Source of the DNA: Antechinus flavipes
Lineage: Eukaryota
DNA length: 64,000 nucleotides
NCBI RefSeq assembly: GCF_016432865.1
Contig: NC_067403.1
Location: 262,570,001-262,634,000, forward strand
Direction of reading: 5' to 3'
Positions 43,541 through 56,370 of the stretch are shown here, one piece after another. The notes below the pieces were generated by a model. The model was not told the origin of the DNA. It ran no database searches and was given only the letters and a program-made list of their open reading frames with translations. How positions within the stretch are numbered: the stretch's first letter is position 1; every line of letters starts with the position of its first letter. Both the position numbers and the translations under genes were made by a program.

Positions 43541-46500
43541 GGGGGAGGGTCCTTGGGAGTCTGGCCCCGGAGCCCCTCAGCTCCTCCTGGAACTCTGAGC
43601 TGCTGCCCTAGGGGGGCCTCCGGCGACTCCACAGCCCCCAGTGACTGTGGGCGGAGAGCGGCGCGGGGCTCTGGGCATTTGACCACCCGAGACTGTTACC
43701 CCATCTGAAAAAGTGGGCATGATAATATGGGCTCCCCTCGAGGATTCTGGGACTGGGTGGGGGGGCAGGAAGGAAACTGACTCCCCACCCAAACCCCCTT
43801 TCTCTTGGACTGAGAAAGAGGAAGGAGCGAGAGCTTGCTTCACCCACGGGAGGGGAGAGAAGGGGGATGGGGTGGAGGAAGTCACATGGGACTTCTTGGG
43901 GTCAGGAGACTGTCACGGGACCAGGCCTCCGGACACTCTGGTCTGGCCACAAAGGGAGGGGGGCCCCCATACCCTGCAGAGAGAGCTGAGCGCCAGGATC
44001 TCTCCCCTCCCCCTCCCCCAACTCTCCCGCATTAAAGAACCACTCTTGGCAGGGACCCGGGATGGAGGCAGGCTGGGAAGTGGGGCTGGTCCTGCCCGGC
44101 TGGGGGGGCAGCATTGCGGGGGTAGCCGAGCCATGTCCCCCAGCTCATTGTTTCTGTCTCTCTCCAGCTGCCCAGCTCCGACCCGGTCTGCCTCTGCCTC
44201 TGCTTCTCTCTGTCTCTCTGTCTTTGTCTCTGTCTCTTTGTCTGTCTCTATCTCTGTCTTTTTGCCTTTGTCTCTGTCTCTCTCTTTGCCTTTGTCTCTG
44301 ACTCGGTGTCTCCCCCTCCCTCTCATGTCTCTCTGTCTCTGCCTCGGTCTCTCCCCCAGCCTGTTTCCCGTTTCTGCCTCTGGCCTGCCCGCCCCCCATC
44401 TTGGTCTCCCCCTGCTGCTTCCCCCTGGGGAGGGGCCGCGGATGAAAGCTGGCAGCTCTTTATGGCCCCAAAGATCACTTTTGAACTTGGAGGCAGGAGC
44501 ATGGATGGAATGACCTTGAGGGTCCCCTGAGCCCTGGTGGCTGCCCTGGTGGCTGGGGGGGACTCCCGGCTCTTTCCCCTCCCCCTGGTCCCCAGGAGGG
44601 GCTGGCAGTGGAGCTGGGGAGCTGGGTAGGACACTCAGGGAGGGGGCGGAGATGCTGCTGCTGCCCAGCTGCTGATTGGAAGGTGATTCCGGGGGGCGGG
44701 GCTCCTCAGTGTGTCCCAGGAGGTTCCTGGTAGTTCTCTGCTAACTTGTGCCGGACACCTCCATGGAATTCAGGGCGGACCTTTCCACTTTCCCTGTTCA
44801 AATGCCGGGTCCCCAACCCTTCCAAACGTTCTCACTGAGCCCCCAAACTCCTCAGGTGATCCAAGCTGGCCAGTCCTGGGGGCCCCACAGAGCCCGGCTC
44901 CTCCATGGGTGGGTTGGCTGTGGGCCTGACCCCGGAAAGGACCTTCCACCTCCCCAGTCCCCAAGCGCTCCGGGCCTTTTTCCGGCTCCCGCTACCTCCC
45001 GCCCCTGAGAGTTCCAAGGGAGGAGAAAGAGCCACAGGTGCAAAAACTCCTGACGGGTTCTTCCCGATAAGAGGCAGACCCGGCAACTGCTGCTGACCGT
45101 AGGCTGGGTGGTAGCCCCAGCGCTGATGAGTCCTGGCGCGAGCTGAGAAGTGAGGGAAGAGGGGGCTCCAGAGAAGCAGGGAGCCCAAGCTTCCGCAGAG
45201 GGAGGGAGGACCACCCTGGCTCGAAGTCCCAACAACTTTGCAAAGACAAAGAGCCCATGTCTAGGGGAGGGAGACAAATTTGGAACATAAGGCTTCGCAA
45301 GTATTTTGAAAAATAAAAAGCTATTATATAGAAAAAAAGAGATTGTGTCTTGAGGGTTGGACTTTCTTTCTTGCCTTTATATTCCCCAGACTTAGAATTC
45401 AGTAGGTGCTTAACAAATGCTTGTCGAATTGAAACATAAGGCAGCTAAGAGGTGTATCCACAGAGACCTGGCTTGGAATCAGGAAGACTCCTCATCATGG
45501 CTTCAGATGTCACCTCAGACACCATCTGGGAGGTCTTTTCACCCTGTTTGCCTCAGTTTCCTCATCTGTAAAATGAACTGGAGAAGGAAATGGCAAGACA
45601 CTCCAGCACCTGTCTCCAGAAAAGCCCCAAAGGGGTCGCAGAGAGAGAGATTCGCTGGAAGAATGGAAGGAAGTGTGTATTCTGTTCTAAGCCTTGGAGA
45701 CCCTGACCTGGACCCCGAGCTGGTCCTCAGGGAGCTGAGAGTTGACCAGGAGGAGGCGACACTGGCACACCATCCTTGTACCTTGTCAGAACTCTCCTTC
45801 ATTTCTGGGCTCCATGCCCTCTTCATCCCCACCCTCTCCGGGAGCCTCAGTTTCCCCAGGGCCCCTTTCCACTTCCTGATCCCCTCCCCCAGGGACCAGT
45901 GCCGGCTCCTCCTCCAGTAACCTGGATCTCCTTGATACCAAAATGCCTTGCCCCCTCCTGTGGAGAGCTGGGGATTGTGGGTATGGGGCATGGCCCAGAG
46001 CATCCCTCTTGAAGGGCCTGTGGGCTCTTTCTTTGAATTTGTTTTTGAATTCTTTGTTCCAAGGGTGGGAGAGCGTGGGGATGTTTGAAAATCAGGGTGT
46101 GTGAAAGCCAAAGCCATGAGTTCTTGCCAACATTGCACGTGGAGCTTCTGAAGAATGCCAACGGGTTTCTTCGTTTGGGGTCTCTGGCACCTGGTATACA
46201 GTTGGAGCCTAATAACTGCTTGTTAGTGACCAGTTGAAGGGGCAGCTCAGAGACCCATCCAGGAGTGAGGAGGGTGTGGAGGGAGTCCTCTGAATGAAGT
46301 GGGTGCCGGGGTGAAGACGCCTCAGGGCCAGCCCGAAGAAATGAATGCAAACGGGAGAGGGCGGGGTCACGGGGAAGGGGCCGGGACGCCCGGGTAGCCG
46401 AGCGCAATCTTCGCCGGAATTACAGAGCCAGTCCCAACATCCTGCCCTGGGAGCCCGAGAACTGCACCTCAGGCCCTCCACTCAGGGCCCAGAAGCCAGC

Positions 46501-46588
46501 TTTCCTCCCTGGGGAGGAAGCCTAAGGGCTAAGGGTCCACGACCTCTAGGGGTCTAGCCTGGATCAAGCTGCTGGGATGCTCAGTTTC

Positions 46589-47072
46589 TTTTCTTTTTCT
46601 TTCTTTTTTATTTTATTTTATTTAATAATTACTTTATATTGACAGAATCCATGCCAGGGTAATTTTTTTTTTTTTACAACATTATCCTTTGCACTCGTTT
46701 CTGTTCCAATTTTTTTCCCCTCCCTCCCTCCACCCCCTCCCCTAGATGGCAAGCAGTCCTTTATATGTTGGATATGTTGCAGTATATCCTAGATACAATC
46801 TATGTTTGCAGAACCGAACAGTTCTCTTGTTGCATAGGGAGAATTGGATTCAGAAGGTAAAAATAACCCGGGAAGGAAAACCAAAATGCAGATAGTTCAC
46901 ATTCGTTTCCCAGTGTTCCTTCTTTTGGTTTAGCTGCTTTTGTCCGTCATTTATCCATTGAAACTCAGTTAGGTCTCTTTGTCAAAGAAATCCACTTCCA
47001 TCAAAATATGTCCTCATACAATATCGTTGTCGAAGTGTATAATGATCTCCTGGTTCTGCTCATTTCACTTAG
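46589..47072 (-). mobile_element. Young 5'-truncated L1 (3'UTR) with a perfect 16-bp TSD TGGGATGCTCAGTTTC
   Basis: TSD at 46573-46588 and 47073-47088, poly-T tail, and high similarity to the 3' end of the 35.8-40.7 kb L1. Confidence 0.9.
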
Positions 47073-47377
47073 TGGGATGCTCAGTTTCAAAGGGAGGAGA
47101 AAGGCCGGCGAGCAAAGAAACGGGGCCAGAGCCCCGCCCCCGGTGGGAGGGGCCAGGGCGGGCTCCACCTATGGCGGGCGAGCAGTCCGGGAGGGATGTT
47201 GCAACAATGTGACGGAGCCGAGCCCCGCCCGGCGTCCGACCGCAGCAGGGACTCAGCGGGCGCTCGGCCCCGGAGCTGACGCTGGGACTTGGCCGTGGCC
47301 CAGATCGGGAGCTCTAAGGACTCTTGTTGCGTCCGGCTCAGGGCCCGGGCTGCTGGCCTGCCGGACACCCTCACTCA

Positions 47378-47542
47378 GGCCTGCAGCAACAGCCCCAGGG
47401 TGGGGGCAAAGCAGGCTCTCCTGGGCCCTGCAGCAACAGCCCCAGGGTGGGGGCAAAGCAGGCTCTCCTGGGCCCTGCAGCAACAGCCCCAGGGTGGGCT
47501 CAGCCGGGACAAAGCAGGCTCTCCGGGCCCTGCAGCAACAGT
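47378..47542. repeat. 47-bp tandem repeat, about 3.5 copies
   Basis: ctgcagcaac recurs at 47381, 47428, 47475 and 47530. Confidence 0.85.
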
Positions 47543-48369
47543 CAGTTGCTCGTCTTCCAGCAGGGCCAGAGTTAGCGGGGCAGGAACAGGAGAGTGGAAC
47601 CCGGTTCAGTTACACACGGCCAGGCCTGGGGGGGGAGGGGAGGGGTGACTTGAGGCTGTGGCAGGTCCCTGAGAATGGGGGGAGCTCCGACAAATGGGAA
47701 CAGTTAGGGAGCATCTGAAAGCCCTCGGTCCCTGGGGGAGCACGTGGTTTTGCCAGGGGTGAGATCATCGGAGCGCAAAGGCTCGCTGTGGGCTTGCTGG
47801 GTCCCAGCTCTGGGAAAGCAGTCTCCCAGGACGGTGACACGCCCCGGGCGGGGTGATAAGGGTCGCGGGGAGGCTCCCCCTACCGCAGCTCTGCCCCGGC
47901 TCTCTTTGGGGTTGCTCGCCCAGACCCGCAGCCCCTCCGCCCCCCCCAGGGGAGGTGCCCCCGGCTCTTCCCACCACATACCCCACCGGATGGACCTGAG
48001 AGTCCGGCTCCCTCACCACCCCCACTTGGGCTGGTCTCCTGGCGTCAAAGGACCATTGTTTCCAGCCCCTGCGAGGGGCTGTTGGGGCCACCTGCCCAAC
48101 CCCTCCCTGCCCCTCACCCCCGGGCCCCACCCGGCTCTGCTGAGTCACCCCGCCCCAAAAGTGGGGAGCGCTGCCTTCGGTTTTCCTCCTCCTGGGGAGG
48201 GGCTGCGATTTCCTCAGAGCTGGCACCTCGAGGGGCAGGTGCTGCCAGGCGCTTGCCACCCACTTGCCCGGATTCTCTGGGGCCCTGCCATCCTTTTATC
48301 TCCAGTGCACAGACTGGCCCCAGAGTGCAGGAGTGGGGCCGGGGGAGGGGAGTGGGATGTTCCTAAGTC

Positions 48370-48522
48370 TGGCGAGGGTCAAGGCAAGCCTAGAACATGG
48401 GCCTAATCCTGGCGAGGGCCAAGGCAAGCCTAGAACATGGGCCTAATCCTGGCGAGGGCCAAGGCAAGCCTAGAACATGGGCCTAATCCTGGTGAGGGCC
48501 AAGGCAAGCCTAGAACATGGGC
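48370..48522. repeat. 40-bp tandem repeat, 4 copies (ggcgagggccaaggcaagcctagaacatgggcctaatcct)
   Basis: Direct reading. Confidence 0.92.
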
Positions 48523-50244
48523 TGGGTCTTGGGGCCCACACTTGGGCGAGGAGCCCCCCATGTCTGCCGGCTCGCCAGCTGCAGGGATGGGATCCGTCTG
48601 AGGGCCTGGGCCGCCGGGGTGAATGGCACTTTGTTCCTGTGGCAGCCTGAGCCCTCCGGGGTGAACTCGAGCCCGGACCCCATGGGAAGGGGGGCGGAGA
48701 AGGCCCCATGGGAACGCTCCCCTCCCCCTCGGACCCTGAGGGACTGGGACAGGCTGGGTGGAGAGAGGGGAATCTGGAGCTTGCCTAACCACTCCCTCCC
48801 ACCTCCACCCACTCACCCCAGGACTTGCTCCCATCCAGTTCCGAGATCCTGGCAGAGAAGGGCCAAAAGGGCCCTTCTCCCCTCCCCCTTCCTTGGCACT
48901 TGCTGCTACCCCTCCCGGAAAGCACCCGGGTTCTGTGCCCAGCTCCGTCCTGCCCGAGCGCCCCCGCCCTCCCCCGCCAGCTCCCCGAACCTGGGACATC
49001 AGCGCACTCCCCGGCTGCTCTAGGACAAGCCCCTTCCCCTGTGCACCTCAGCTGCCCCTTCTGTTATGAGGCGGCCGATCTCATCTGAAAGAGACCCAAA
49101 GACCTGGAGGAAGCCCTCGGCAGGCTGGGGCCGCAGGGACGCCCCCTCCCTCTCGTGTCCGTGGCTGGGGCTCAGTATTAGGGCCCCTCACCCCTCCTCC
49201 ACTCTCCTTTTCACCCCTGGCTGCCCTCAGGATTGCCCAACTCTGTGGGGTGTGGGTGTGGCAGCTGCCCTAAAACAAAGAGGAAATGAGGGGGAAGGAG
49301 GGAAGCGCCCCCACTTTCTGAGCCTCCGTTTCCCCGTTCAGGCTTTGGCTCCCAGCAATCCACAGGAAATAGCCCACCATGTGGCGGGTACGTGTTGGGG
49401 GGAGGGGACACAGATGAGGCAACGGTGTGAAGTGACTTGCCCAGGCTCACACAGCTGGAGGTGAGCGTCTGGCATCTAGTCCCGTAACTCCCATCTCTCC
49501 CATCCACCTTCCCCTGAGAGGAGGAAGCCGATGGCCTCGGAATCATTATATCCATTAGCTGAGAGACCAGGAAGCTATTCTGAGCCTCAGTTTCCACATC
49601 TGTAAGAGGGGAACAATAATTCCCACGAGACCAGGCTTATCCCTTCCCCCTCTCCCCACAAGCTCCCTGACAGTTCTGAGGACCTCCCGGGAAGCCTTAG
49701 AGGCCGTGACAGAGACCCTGGGGACCGGTGACAGAGCCCTCGGGACTAGCACGGCCGCTCCAGGATTTCCTAGCCTGGGAATTCTCCTCCAACGCCGGGA
49801 AGCAGAATGAGCAGCTCTCGGGAGAGGACCCCACCCTTCCGAGAGGGCCTGCCCCGCTGACTTTTGTCCCGGCCACTTAGCCAGCATGAGTCAGCAGAGA
49901 AAGGCAGGAGACTGGCACGAGGCCGCCTGTGACTCAGCATCCCCGTGCCAGGAAGCACGCGGGCCCGGGAAGGTCAGCCTCTCGCCGGGCCCCACTGGCA
50001 GTCAGCACTTTCCCAGGCCGAGCCGATTCCGAGCACAAAGGGGTCTGGCTCAGGGTCTGCAGAGAGCCGTGGCCTGAGGCCGCCAGGGAGCCCCTGGACC
50101 TCGGTTTCCTCAGCTGTCACCCAAGAGGGATGAAGGAGGGCCTGCCTCGCTGGCTCCCGGCTGCCTCGGTCTCTGCCAGCTCCAGAGAAAACGCAGATGC
50201 TCTGAGGAGCCGCTTCCCCCCGGGAATGACTGATTACTCCCTCC

Positions 50245-50370
50245 CTCTGGGACCTCCAGCTCAGGCCTCTACTCCTCCCTCCCTCTGGGACCTCCAGCCC
50301 TGGCCTCTACTCCTCCCTCCCTCTGGGACCTCCAGCCCTGGCTTCTACTCCTCCCTCCCTCTGGGGCCTC
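50245..50370. repeat. 37-bp tandem repeat, about 3.5 copies (ctccctccctctgggacctccagccctggcctctact)
   Basis: Direct reading. Confidence 0.8.
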
Positions 50371-51109
50371 CTCTTGTCGCTGCCTCAGCCAAGACCTTCC
50401 CTCTGCCAGGGAGCCCAGCCCGCGACCCTTTTGTGGACAGACCCCCCCAGGTGGCCACCCCCCCCCCAGGCCCCTGGGCAGTGTTTCCGGACTTCAGAAT
50501 AGACGCCCCTTGCGGAGAGGGATTGTCCTTATTTTAGCTTGGTTTTGTGTAGCCTCTAGCATAGGACCTGGCACAGAGCAAGTGTTTAATAAGTGCTGGC
50601 TTTCNNNNNNNNNNNNNNNNNNNNNNNNNNNNNNNNNNNNNNNNNNNNNNNNNNNNNNNNNNNNNNNNNNNNNNNNNNNNNNNNNNNNNNNNNNNNNNNN
50701 NNNNNNNNNNNNNNNNNNNNNNNNNNNNNNNNNNNNNNNNNNNNNNNNNNNNNNNNNNNNNNNNNNNNNNNNNNNNNNNNNNNNNNNNNNNNNNNNNNNN
50801 NTCCCTCCTCCCTCGCTCCCTCCTTCCTTTGCTTCCACAGCCCTGACCTCCCTCCTGAAGCTGGTGCAGGAAGCTCTCCCTCACCCCTCCGCTCTCCCTC
50901 ACTCCTCCGAGGGCCAGCGCTCACTTGTTCCCCAGACTCCGTTTTCACACCCTCTGGGTGCCTGGGGGCTATTTCCTTAGCCGAAGGGGGGAGGGGCAGG
51001 CTAGTGCGCCTTTCCTGCAAAACAATCTTCACAAATGCTGTTGGATTGAATTTCTGCCCCAGTTTCCCACTCCCTCCCTTCCCTTAATCCACGTAAGGCT
51101 CGCTCAGCC

Positions 51110-51651
51110 TGCAGAGGTCTGGACTGGGGAGACCTCAATGAGATTAGGGTTTAGTTAAGGTCTAGTGGCAGGTTCGGGTCCAGGGAGTCAAACAGAGCTC
51201 CCCGCACCCGCCTTGGATACGGCGCAAGGATACGGCGGGAAACGAGGGCTAGTGAGTCCCCAATAAAGACATTTCTCGGCCGAGAGCTAGATTGATAAAA
51301 GAGGTTTATTATTGGGTTTGGAAGTAAGGAGCTAGGGGAAGGAAGAGATAAGGAGGGCATAGGACAGAGGGTCCGGGGGGGACAGAGGGTCCGGGGACAG
51401 AGGGTCCTCACGTGGCTGGCATGTTTGGGATCTCTGCCAAGAGGGGGTTCCCGCGAGTCCCTTTTATGATAGGAGATTTAGCTCGAGGGGCTTTTGGGTG
51501 TTGCCCCAAAGTTGGCTCAGCTGGGGTGGGGCCGGGACACTTCCGGATCTTCTATTGGAATTCAAAGGGACCAGGATTTGTGAGTCAAAGGGTAATTACA
51601 TGAACTGGAGGGGGTTGGGAAATCACAAAGAAAGGAATCTTCCCCACATCT
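51110..51651 (-). mobile_element. Solo LTR (ERV1-like, 4-bp TSD AGCC)
   Basis: TSD at 51106-51109 and 51652-51655, TATA-like and AATAAA motifs, 3' CA end. Homologous to the LTR at 51922-52388. Confidence 0.8.
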
Positions 51652-51921
51652 AGCCCATTTTACAGATTCATACGAGAGCAGGATTAGGTGGAGGGTTTGT
51701 GAGCTCTTCCTTCTAGTTCCAGTTCTGTCCCGGTGATACCGGGAGGGAACTGAAGCCAGGGAAGTTCCATGACTTCCTTCAGTCTCAACTAAATTTTCAC
51801 CTTGTACAGAAAGTCCTTCTTAACCCTTCTTGATCCCAGCTTCGGCGGGCGGTCCCGCAGGCAGACACCCAGGCCCTTGCCTCCAGCAGCAGGGCCCTAG
51901 CCCCCAGGTCCCGGCCCCTGC

Positions 51922-52388
51922 TGACTGGGAAAGATTCCTTTCTAGATTCCCAGCCTCTCCTAGTTAATAATGTAAATGGCCCTTTAACTCACAAATCCTG
52001 GTCCCTTTGAATTCCAATAGAAGATCCGGAAGTGTCCCGGCCCCACCCCGATCTGAGCCAACTTTGGGGCGACACCCAAAGCCCCTCGAGCCAAATCTCC
52101 TATCATAAAAAGGCCACGCTGAGAACCCCTCTTGGCAGAGATTCCAAACATGGCTACCATGTGAGGACCCTCTGCCCACTGGCCCCTCTGTCCGCCGCCC
52201 TCCTTATCTCTCCCTTCGCCTATATTTTAACTTTGCTTACCTAATAATAAACTTCTTTTATCAATTTAGCTCTCGGGCCAATAAATGCTTTTATTGGGAA
52301 CTCGCACTGCTACTAGATCCCATTTACCGCCGTATCCTTGCGCCGAAACCCTAATTTCATTTAGGTAGCCCAAATCTAGACCTCAACA
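51922..52388 (+). mobile_element. Solo LTR of the same family (TG...CA, 4-bp TSD CTGC)
   Basis: TSD at 51918-51921 and 52389-52392, tatcataaaa TATA-like motif and aataaa signals. Confidence 0.85.
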
Positions 52389-52651
52389 CTGCCAGGCTCA
52401 GCTTCTTCCAGATAATCCTCTGCAGGGGTCAAACGGACCCTGAGGGGGTCAGAGGATTTCCCTCTGGGAGAACAGCGGCTGCCAAACTAATGGGAACTTT
52501 CGGCCTCCGGCAAAAAGCAGCAGTCTCGGAAGCCCGGCCCAAGGTCTGTTCCTTTGTGCTGCCTCAGGGCACGAGCGAGGCAGTCCCACTGAGGGGCTTA
52601 GTGGGGGCAGGGAGTCCTGGAAATCCCCTTTGGGTCGGAGGCGCAGGCTCT

Positions 52652-53193
52652 TGTGAAAGAATTCCCAATCCCGGAATGGTAATCGGCCAAAGTGAAGGTT
52701 TATTGTGGGAGAGGAAGCCAGGTCTGCTAAGAGACTGACTTCTGCAGTGGCAAAGTCCTGTTAGGGAAAGGGAGGCTGGCCCGAGAAGGGAACCCGGCGG
52801 GCAGGGCCCCAGCAAGCTGCCCCGGCCTCTGCGAGGGAAATGGAGAAGGGAGTGCCTTCCCGGCGGGCAAGCTCCTACTTCGGACATTCTGCAAAGAGGG
52901 AGTTCAGAAATTGCCCTTTCAAAAGGAACCTTGAGGCTCAGGTTTCAGGTTGAAAAGAAAGCCCAAGTCCCGGCCTAGATGCTTATGGGTATCCGGCCCC
53001 GAGGCCAGTTGGAATTCCCGGAAAGGCTCTGGCATCCCCACGAGATCAGCGGGCGCTTTCGGACCGAGATTTCTAACTGAGTAACGACACTCAGCTCGTC
53101 CGGGAGATGTGCTTCCCAGGAGGGCCTGAGACTCCAAGATCAGTCGGGAAGCCGGTTTCTGAGTGACAGAACAAAAGGGGACTCAATTCCACA
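52652..53193 (-). mobile_element. Probable solo LTR
   Basis: TG...CA ends and a minus-strand AATAAA near 52699. TSD is imperfect. Confidence 0.45.
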
Positions 53194-53504
53194 CCCTCTT
53201 CAATACTGAATGAGCAGCAGGTTTGGGAAACAGTCTATTAGTGCTCAGAGACATGGATCAGGTGGAGGGCAGGGTCTAGGGAAGGAGGGGAAGAACCAGG
53301 AAGGAGGGATGGGGTCTCCATCGCGCAGACCAGGTCTCGGACCAACCTGAAGATATACTAACCAAGAGCTCAAAAGTTGTTTAAAGATGCTAGCGAGTCG
53401 GTCTAGGACGTCTAGAGCTCTAAACCGTGGCTGTCCAAACAGGCCGGTCTGGGACTCGATTATGGCTGATGGATGGGCTAGTTTCAGAGTTCACATCATT
53501 TAAA

Positions 53505-53640
53505 AATTTTTTTTTTGCAAGGCAGTTGGAGCTAAGTGACTTCTCCAGGGTCACCCAGATAACAAATGCTAAGTGTCTGAGGCTGGATTTGAACTCCCAT
53601 CTTCCTGTCTCCAGAGCCGGTGCTCTTCCCACTGCACCAT
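53505..53640 (-). mobile_element. tRNA-derived SINE (WSINE/MAR-like)
   Basis: Poly-T followed by ggctggatttgaactc (B box on the minus strand). Confidence 0.7.
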
Positions 53641-53717
53641 GTCCACATTGTTCTCACCTAGGAAGCCTTATGCTATGATCCCTATGAACGAGATAAGATG
53701 AGATCTTTCAAGACAGT

Positions 53718-54206
53718 TGTGAAAATCGAGTAAGGCTTCATCTATTTCAAAGTTTGAGTAGGCCTGAAGGACTTTAAAGCATTAAGTCAAGGGCATACTT
53801 AAAGTGTCTCCTCCCTGCCATCCTCCTAAGGACATACTTAAAGCCCCCTCCCTGTTATCCCCCTAAGGGCATACTTAAGCCCCCTTGTTATCCTCCCTAT
53901 TTCAACCAAATATGGGCAACTATGTACTTATTGGTCAAGTTCAATTTCTTGGGTAGTTCGCAAGTTTAGAATGTAAGATTCTCAGCCAAAAAGGATGAGG
54001 GTCAGTGGTGGGAGGGGGAATTTGCTTAGGGATTAAAAGCGTTGATCCTGCCCCCTACGGTGCTTCCTCCCTTCCATTGTCTGCTTGATGGGTGGGGGAC
54101 GCTGATTCTTGGAGAACGCATGATAAACTTTCTTTTGCTTCTAGAGATCTCTCCAGTCTATTTTTATTAATGGTTCCTGACCCACCCACCTAGAAGTAAA
54201 CCCACA
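53718..54206 (+). mobile_element. Probable solo LTR with an internal 3-copy gggcatacttaaag repeat
   Basis: TG...CA ends and a U3-like tandem duplication. No clear TSD. Confidence 0.4.
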
Positions 54207-54240
54207 GGCCCAGCAGAGGACCTGGCACCAGCCAGACTCT

Positions 54241-55850
54241 TTGCTTTTGTTTGTTTGTTTGTTTGATTTTACTAAATATTTTTTTCAACACATATCCAAG
54301 GATAATTTTTCAACACTGACCCTTGCAAAACTTGGTGCTCCAATTTCTGCTCCCCTTCCCTCCACCTCCTCCCCTAGATTACATTGGCATGTAATCCAAT
54401 TTGTGGTAAACATGGTAAAAATAGATCCTAAATCCAATACAGACATAAACATTCATACATTCTCTCGCCGCACAAGAAAAATCAAATCAAACGGAAAAAA
54501 TGAGAGAAAGAAAATAAAATGCGAGCAAACAACAAAGAGAGTGAGAATGTTATTTGTGAATCACACTCAGTTCCCACAATCCTCTCTCTGGCTGCAGATG
54601 GCTCTCTCCTTCACAAGATCATTGGAACTGGCCTCAATCATCTCATTGTTGAAGAGAGCCACGTCTGTCAGAATTAATCATCACATCATCTAGTTGTGGC
54701 CGTGGCCGATGATCTCCTGGTCCTGCTCATTTCACTCAGCATCAGTTCATGTAAATCTCTCCAGGCCTTTCTGAAATCCTCCCGCTGGTCGTTTCTTACA
54801 GAACAATAATATTCCGTAACATTTATATCCCATAATTTATTCAGCCGTTCTCCAGCTGATGGGCATCTACTCAGTTTCCAGTTTCTGGACTCCACAAAAA
54901 GGGCTGCCACAAACCGTTGTGCACATGTGGGTCCATGATCTCTTTGGGATACAGGCCCAGAAGAAACACTACTGGATCAAAGGGGATACGCAGTGTGATA
55001 GCCCTTTGAACATAGTTCCAAATCGTTCTCCAGAATGACTGGATCTGTTCACAGTTCCACTAACAATGTACCAGTGTCCCAGTTTTCCCACATCTCTCCA
55101 ACATTTGTCATTATCATTTCCTGTCATCTTAGTCCATCTGAGGGGTATGTAGGATACCTCAGAGTTGTCTTAATTTGCATTTCTCTGATCAATAGTGACT
55201 TGGAGCACCTTTTCATAGGACTAGAAATGCTTTCAATGTCTTCATCTGAAAATTGTCCATTCCTATTGATGTGACCATTTATCAACTGGAGAATGGCTTG
55301 AATTCTTATAAATTGGAGTCAATTCTCTCTATATTTTGGAAATGGGGCCTTTATCAGAACCTTTGAAGGTAAAAGTGTTTTCCCAGTTTATTGCTTCCCT
55401 TCTAATCTTGTCTGCATTAGTTTTGTTTGTACAAAAGCTCTTCAACTTAATATAATGAAAACTCTCTCTTTTGTGATCAGTAATAATCTCCAGTTCTTCT
55501 TTGGTCACAGATTCCTTCCTCCTCCATAGATCTGAGAGGTAACCTGTCCTATGTTCTTCTAATTTGCTTGTAATCTCACTCTTGTTGTCTAGATCATGAA
55601 CCCACTTTGACCTTATCTTGGTACAGGGTGGGAGGTGTGGGTCAGTGCCTAGTTTCTGCCATACTAGTGTCCAATTTTCCCAGCAGTTTTTGCCAAATAG
55701 TGAGTTTTTATCCCCAAAGCTGGGGTCTCGGGGTTCGTCAAACACTAGATCGCTCTAGTCAGTGACTATTTTGTCCTGTGATCTTAACCCATTCCCCGGA
55801 TCGACCGCTGGTTTCTTAGCCCGTCCCCAGTGGTTTTGATGGCTGCTCAG
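54241..55850 (-). mobile_element. Older 5'-truncated L1 (ORF2 3' part plus 3'UTR)
   Basis: ORF fragments FDEPRDPSFGDKNSLF...KLGTDPHL and AALFVESRNWK. Confidence 0.85.
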
Positions 55851-55854
55851 GCCG

Positions 55855-56370
55855 ACTCTTTGTAACGCTCGTCGGGTGGTTCCCCAAAGCCTCTCCTTGC
55901 AGCCGTCCTGGGAGAATAGTGACCATGTCACCATCGCTCTCCTCCTCAATGAGTACCGGGGCGTCCTGAGCTTTCCGCTGAGGGAGCCGGAGACTCTCAC
56001 CTGGCCTGCACTCTGTACTCTTACCAAATGGGCCGGGTGCAGGTTTTCCGGGCTGGCTAGAGCCTAGATGGAGCAAGGAGCCGAGTGCTCCTGGCGTAAG
56101 TGCTCTCCAGCCTCTTCTCCCAAACGAGGCTCGTTCTTCTAGCCAGGATCCCAGACGCTCGGCCGTTGTTTCCAGAAGAGAGGGGCCTTTTGCTCGCAGA
56201 TTGCCCCCAGCCACTCCTCCTGAACCCAGCGTCCCTGTGGGCCCCCACGGGCCCTAGGCCTTCTTCAGCTAGACTAAGGGCAAGAACCTTGCTTTGGTGT
56301 TTGTAAAGCTGGTACTTAGCCTGGTTGAGGGCATAGAGTGCCTCCTCAATGTTTTTCCTTACTTGTACTT
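55855..56370 (+). mobile_element. Highly diverged L2 3' fragment
   Basis: gaccatgtcacc...ctcctcaat motif and an L2-like tail (gtacttagcctgg...catagagtgcc). Confidence 0.4.

Noticed and set aside
40720-50600. Numerous 60-270-aa GC-rich ORFs as an additional gene
   Set aside because: No recognisable domains or consistent exon chain. The region is L3/L2/MIR fossils and low-complexity sequence.
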